Source of the DNA: a virus
Lineage: Duplodnaviria; Caudoviricetes
DNA length: 29,430 nucleotides
IMG/VR virus record: IMGVR_UViG_3300032247_001094
Span: 1-29,430 of that record
Reading direction: 5' to 3' (one strand)
In this document: positions 24,849 to 29,430 of the stretch, piece after piece
Numbering within the stretch: the first letter of the stretch is position 1
Layout: every line of letters starts with the position of its first letter
Notes under the pieces: generated by a model
The model's database searches: none
The model's input: only the letters and a program-made list of their open reading frames with translations
Told to the model about the DNA's origin: nothing
Translations under genes and position numbers: made by a program

Positions 24849-26000
24849 GCGCGAGAGATATCTACGGTACCAGTTATGAAATTCGGGGTAAACGGTCTTC
24901 CAACTATGTGTTTTATTGAAGTCGTAATTGTTCAAATGTGCGAGCATTGCTTTGATTGCCACAACTGATGAATCGGGACAAATATTTTTTACAGTTTTAT
25001 GCACCCAATGTGATTCGGGTAATTTTTCTAATATAGCGTCACGATATTCATGTGTAACCGTCGACAGATCGTACGTACCAAAACATTGATGATAAGAGAT
25101 AGCCACTGGATCTCCCAATCTATTGGTTGAAAAATTATCAGAATGCCAACTTTCTAGTTCTTCGACCCAGTATGCATTTAAAGGACTAACTGTACGCTCA
25201 ATGTTGAACATCAAATTATTTGGTGCATTTTCCTTAAACCACGATATATTTTTATCCACTTCAGACCACACCATAGGCCATCTCTGATATTCCATCCTTG
25301 GCCCAATATCATCAAGACTAAAATGTAGTTCAACTATTTTAAATTTTTCCCAAAACTTTAATACCTTATCCGGGACTCTAGCGGTTCCATTTGAATGATA
25401 CCATAAAGATATCTTTGATAAGTCTGTGACTTTTTCCAACTGTTCTAATACCTGAAGGTGTGTTAGGGTCAGTAACGGCTCCCCACCTTGGAAATGTATA
25501 TGTCGTAAATTATGAGTGGGAATTGTAGCGACAATATCTAAAATATTATCTAACTTTTCTCTTACTTGATATTTCTTAATTTCAATCTTGAGCTTGGGAT
25601 CATGTTCTATTTGTCTCCAAAGCGTACTAAATTGTGGACCACATATATTACAGGCCAAATTACAAGTAAAGTCTGCCTGTATGTCAATTTCTATAACCGA
25701 ATCGGGCAGATGCCACAGTGTGCCTCTCCTGTCGTTTTGCGCTTGACGACGACTATAGTTACCATTTTGCTCATTAACCGTACATGATGAGCATTCCTGG
25801 GGCAGGAGGTTATACTCTAGATTATTCTTTCTTATTTGAACAATATCCGAAGCATTCCAATATTCTTTGTTGATGTCGTTGTTGACCACAAATTTTTTAT
25901 TGTATAAACAACAAGGTTTTGCAAACCACAAAGATTTTTCTGTATTATATTGAAGCCAGAGGCCACCTTGTAAATCAGCACAATAGTTATTATTCGACAC
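24846..26000 (-). CDS. Radical SAM enzyme with N-terminal twitch/SPASM-like Cys cluster
   Basis: CNLACNIC (CxxxCxxC), FQGGEPLL, SNGT, FSLD; N-terminal YC...KPCC...CSSC. Confidence 0.9.
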   Translation of the reverse strand: MSNNNYCADLQGGLWLQYNTEKSLWFAKPCCLYNKKFVVNNDINKEYWNASDIVQIRKNNLEYNLLPQECSSCTVNEQNGNYSRRQAQNDRRGTLWHLPDSVIEIDIQADFTCNLACNICGPQFSTLWRQIEHDPKLKIEIKKYQVREKLDNILDIVATIPTHNLRHIHFQGGEPLLTLTHLQVLEQLEKVTDLSKISLWYHSNGTARVPDKVLKFWEKFKIVELHFSLDDIGPRMEYQRWPMVWSEVDKNISWFKENAPNNLMFNIERTVSPLNAYWVEELESWHSDNFSTNRLGDPVAISYHQCFGTYDLSTVTHEYRDAILEKLPESHWVHKTVKNICPDSSVVAIKAMLAHLNNYDFNKTHSWKTVYPEFHNWYRRYLSR

Positions 26001-27417
26001 TTTTTTTAATTCCTGCTAACATCTGCTTGAGTGCAGTACTATCCACTCCGCCGCCTACCTTGGGACCTTGTTGCCATGCCGGTGTCTCCGAGGCACGTTC
26101 GAACTTGTCTGCCCCGTCATCATCACTGGCTGGTTTGTTTTTAATTTGATTCATATAACTGCTAAGTGGTGGGCCGCCTTGTGTATTTGTATCTAATCCC
26201 GGATCTGTAATACGCATGGTTTCAACATTGTATTCAAGATCAATCTTTTGCCCAACACCTGTACTACTACGCGATTTCATACATTGTATTTGATACTTGC
26301 CGCGCTCACGCATAGCACGACTTGTAAAGATACCAAACACATTATCAGCAGTATTGATTTTGGAAATACCACCACTAATATGACTATGGTCAAATTCAAC
26401 TTCTTCGACCGCACTTCTATTTAACTGACTTGCTGTTACCATTAACACACCCAGTTCTTTTGCCAGGTTACGTAGTTCTTCACTCACATACTTGTCTTTA
26501 ACAAACAAGTCATTGGGACTAACTTTGGCACTGATTGGCATCAGCAAGTCCAAGTAGTCAATCATCATGAAGTCTACTTTTTTGCCTGTTTGAATTTGAT
26601 ATTCTTTTAAGAAACTGCGTATATCATTGATGTTGCTCTGTGCCGGTAATGCTTTGACTTGATAACTGCCCGACTTCTTACCGACCATAGCAACACGTAA
26701 ACTTGTGTTATCAATATCCTTACGAATATCTTTGGTACTGGTACTGGTCAACATGGCATCAGTACGCAAACTAGTAAGTTCTTCACTTAGTTCCAAACTG
26801 ATGTAAACACCATGTAAGCCTGATTGTACCCAATTAAGAGCAATGTTCATCATGACCAAACTCTTACCTGACCCCGAGCCTCCGGCAAAAATGTTTAGTT
26901 CACCACGACTAAATCCACCATACAGTAGTCGATCCATTTGTGGCCAGCCTGTACTAACTTGTCCGCCGTTATCAAAATACTTTCTAATACGTGCCGCTGG
27001 ATCAGCAAAGTAATCTGTTCCCAAATCTTTGGTTAAACTAATTTGTACTGCATCTTTGATTAATTTTTCAATTGGCCCAAAGTCACCTTTTTCCAACAAG
27101 TCTGCACCTTTTAAAATTGCACGTTCAAGACTTTGTCTCCGGGTAAAGGACTCAAACTCATTTAAGAACCATTCATTATGTTCTTCCATCTCGGGCATGG
27201 TCTTTAACTCTGTGCCTGTGGTTGCTTTGATTTGTTCCAGTGTGGGAAGTGTCTTGTACTTTTCACTGTACTCACTAATAAATGTAGCAGTTTCTCGTAG
27301 ACTGCGATCAAAGTTTTCAGGATTATAAATGTTTTGAACACGCACATAGTTTTGTGCATCTTGTAACATCATTTCTAAAAATAGTTTTTGTATGTCTGTG
27401 TTATATTCTTTATTCAT
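25990..27417 (-). CDS. Replicative DNA helicase (DnaB/T4 gp41-like)
   Basis: GGSGSGKS Walker A, ISLEL, IDYLDL Walker B, TASQLNR, KSR. Confidence 0.95.
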   Translation of the reverse strand: MNKEYNTDIQKLFLEMMLQDAQNYVRVQNIYNPENFDRSLRETATFISEYSEKYKTLPTLEQIKATTGTELKTMPEMEEHNEWFLNEFESFTRRQSLERAILKGADLLEKGDFGPIEKLIKDAVQISLTKDLGTDYFADPAARIRKYFDNGGQVSTGWPQMDRLLYGGFSRGELNIFAGGSGSGKSLVMMNIALNWVQSGLHGVYISLELSEELTSLRTDAMLTSTSTKDIRKDIDNTSLRVAMVGKKSGSYQVKALPAQSNINDIRSFLKEYQIQTGKKVDFMMIDYLDLLMPISAKVSPNDLFVKDKYVSEELRNLAKELGVLMVTASQLNRSAVEEVEFDHSHISGGISKINTADNVFGIFTSRAMRERGKYQIQCMKSRSSTGVGQKIDLEYNVETMRITDPGLDTNTQGGPPLSSYMNQIKNKPASDDDGADKFERASETPAWQQGPKVGGGVDSTALKQMLAGIKKSVE

Positions 27418-27418
27418 G

Positions 27419-28480
27419 TTAACTATGTATGCGCTTTTTCATTAATTCTATTTTTAATCGACTCGATTGCTTGCCTTCAATAATACTTTTCAGTACAAAC
27501 AATTTGCCGTACTTGGCAACAGCTTCTGCAACATCTTTGCAGGTTTCATTCCATATGGGGAAACTAACACTCCACCCATATTCTACGGCCTGATCAACTA
27601 ATCGTTCTCCGGCCCATACCAGTTTGCCCTTGACTTCCTTAAAATCAAAATCCGGTACCACAATAACTTCACGGGTCAAACTATCGATGATATCAGCTTG
27701 AACTTCATTGCACTCATTGCTTAGTACTGCAACACCATCTACGCTCATTGCATCAAACGGACCTTCCATAACCAACACAAACTTAGATTCTGGTAACTGA
27801 TTGTTGGTGTTGAATACAAAATTGGATTCATGATTATTATGATATTTGGGCTTTACATTATCTTCCCATGTACGTGCTGTGTATCCAATAACGTCACCCT
27901 GCCAAATAAAGGGAATAATCAATCTCTTATGTAAATTATATGATTCGTGTTGGGTTGTGTAAAAATCATATTTGTGAAAATCTATCTTACGATCATAAAC
28001 ATAGGTAAATGCTTTCATAAACTGCGGATGTATTTGATCATCATCTTCCTGCAGTCTAACAAAAGTCTCCCACTGCTTGAAACTTACTGCATCGTCGGGC
28101 AATGGTCTTGTTTTGAAGGTTACTTCTTCTCGTTGTACTTTTTCTAATTGTTCGGGCGCAATTACGTCCTTGACACGGATAGCATCAATGACTAAACGCT
28201 TTACTTCGTTTTCGCTGGCTCCGAACCAACTCAATAACTTACGGAATTTATATGTTAAATGACGCCCCGGAACATAACTGGCTTTGAAGTTGCAATTAAA
28301 ACAGTGATAACTGACACCGCCGTCTGGATTAGATACTAATCCTCCTCTGCCTCGAGAGTCTGCCGACTCCCCACGGTGCGGACAGCAGACGGCATTAAAA
28401 CTGGTCCACCCTGATACCGAATTGGTCTTTCGCCGAACCGGCAACAAACTGTTTACAGCATCAAGAATCGAGTTTAGCAT
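27419..28480 (-). CDS. DNA primase (T4 gp61/DnaG-like)
   Basis: Zn finger CCPH...CFNC, IIPF...GYTAR, PKY, TOPRIM EGPFDA, DFD, KD. Confidence 0.92.
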   Translation of the reverse strand: MLNSILDAVNSLLPVRRKTNSVSGWTSFNAVCCPHRGESADSRGRGGLVSNPDGGVSYHCFNCNFKASYVPGRHLTYKFRKLLSWFGASENEVKRLVIDAIRVKDVIAPEQLEKVQREEVTFKTRPLPDDAVSFKQWETFVRLQEDDDQIHPQFMKAFTYVYDRKIDFHKYDFYTTQHESYNLHKRLIIPFIWQGDVIGYTARTWEDNVKPKYHNNHESNFVFNTNNQLPESKFVLVMEGPFDAMSVDGVAVLSNECNEVQADIIDSLTREVIVVPDFDFKEVKGKLVWAGERLVDQAVEYGWSVSFPIWNETCKDVAEAVAKYGKLFVLKSIIEGKQSSRLKIELMKKRIHS

Positions 28481-28486
28481 CCTACT

Positions 28487-28515
28487 ATTATATAGGAAAA
28501 TTTGGACAAGGTCAA
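28487..28515 (-). promoter_or_regulatory. Sigma70 promoter of the primase operon
   Basis: TTGACC-N17-TATAAT, 6 nt before the ATG. Confidence 0.85.
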
Positions 28516-28535
28516 ACTATTAGATACAATTGTGG

Positions 28536-29243
28536 TTACACACCAAACTGTGTTTTGTAAGCGACATAGTTCTGTTTTATCTGCACTTGAGACAATTTGG
28601 TATTGTATAAACACATGTTGGCCACATAGCCCCAAGGCTGGTCGTTGGCTGATTGGATATTGCCCCACGCATAGTGATATTGTCCTGCCACCGATTTGGC
28701 TGACGCAGAGCCAACCTGTTGTCCATTGATATAAAATGTTTGCCCCGAAGCATCACCCACTGTGGCCCATTGTGCCCAGACATCGCCATAGGCCGCCATG
28801 TCGTAACCACTACTGTTAAAGCCGGTGTTGGCAGGAAGATTGTCCCACATGCCCAAGGTATTGGTTCCTGTACTAACAACGATAGCATGACCACCTGTGC
28901 CACCAGATCTAAACAGGGTTCTATAACCTGTAGTAGTGGATCTTACTCTAGTCCAGGAGATATAGGTAAAGTTTGTGGCTATCGGTATAGTGGATTGGGA
29001 CATGGCCAGGATGACCTGACCATTGTTGCTACAGTTGAAACATTTCACTCCTCCCAGTACAGTATAAAGATTACTATTGCTTAGAGTGTGTGTATAGCCA
29101 TTGCCTGAAAGATCGTTTAGGGTAGTGCCAGTACCGCCGTAACTAGAGGCATTGTTGGCATCAAGCCAGATGGCAAGATTCTGCGTGGTGATGTAGGCAT
29201 CGGCCACTGTGAGTCCTGTGAGCGTTACACCTTTTATAATCAT
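28536..29243 (-). CDS. LamG/concanavalin A-like domain virion protein
   Basis: L.IWLDA...SY.GTGTT..DLSGNG, FTYISW, FYINGQ, LYNTKLS..QI.QNY. Confidence 0.85.
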   Translation of the reverse strand: MIIKGVTLTGLTVADAYITTQNLAIWLDANNASSYGGTGTTLNDLSGNGYTHTLSNSNLYTVLGGVKCFNCSNNGQVILAMSQSTIPIATNFTYISWTRVRSTTTGYRTLFRSGGTGGHAIVVSTGTNTLGMWDNLPANTGFNSSGYDMAAYGDVWAQWATVGDASGQTFYINGQQVGSASAKSVAGQYHYAWGNIQSANDQPWGYVANMCLYNTKLSQVQIKQNYVAYKTQFGV

Positions 29244-29249
29244 GTGTTT

Positions 29250-29430
29250 TTAGTCAATTCTGATATAGCCATAGTAGGCTGTTTGGCTAGACCCGCTGGT
29301 GTTGTTGATACCAAAGTCAAATCTATTGGTGGTTGCACTGGGAGCCACACTGCTACGAACTATGGTGTTGGTAGTGCCCGTAAACTGATTGGGTATGCTG
29401 GTAAAATCAATGGGCGTTCCACCACCTGTA
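29250..29430 (-). CDS. Partial CDS (C-terminus), probable fibre/structural protein
   Basis: Not in the track. Open frame ...GGGTPIDFTSIPNQF...RFDFGINNTSGSSQTAYYGYIRID* with TAA at 29250-29252. Confidence 0.7.
   Translation of the reverse strand, partial: TGGGTPIDFTSIPNQFTGTTNTIVRSSVAPSATTNRFDFGINNTSGSSQTAYYGYIRID

Noticed and set aside
1-29430. Stop-codon reassignment (TAG is almost unused as a stop)
   Set aside because: Conserved genes (nrdA, nrdB, helicase, primase) are intact in the standard code, coding density is high, and TAG is used as the stop at 14181

Overview
An AT-rich, densely coding fragment of a large myovirus-type (T4-like/jumbo) dsDNA bacteriophage. Nearly all of the ~42 genes lie on the minus strand, and many are coupled by TAATG/ATGA overlaps. 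Read right to left it holds: a fibre C-terminus and a LamG protein; a primase-helicase-radical SAM operon; a late block of probable head-internal/ejection proteins with MKINEI-like leaders and [ILV]-x-E sites, including a Pol-beta nucleotidyltransferase fused to a KxDG ligase-like domain; two paralogous small virion proteins; an iscU-iscA-glycosyltransferase-like-2OG oxygenase operon facing an SGNH hydrolase (the only + strand gene); a PD-(D/E)XK exonuclease; a beta-helix tail spike; nrdA-nrdB-glutaredoxin; PAAR; an SleB hydrolase with a SemiSWEET-like membrane protein and a zincin; small hypotheticals; a ubiquitin-like-domain protein; and a partial GNV-repeat fibre gene. Two promoter classes are visible: near-consensus sigma70 promoters, and a TAAATA late-type motif. 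Several of each sit so close to the ATG that the mRNAs should be leaderless. IscU and NrdA suggest a proteobacterial, probably betaproteobacterial, host (inference). I saw no tRNA, rRNA, CRISPR array or mobile element. All family calls come from motif recognition by eye, not from database searches.
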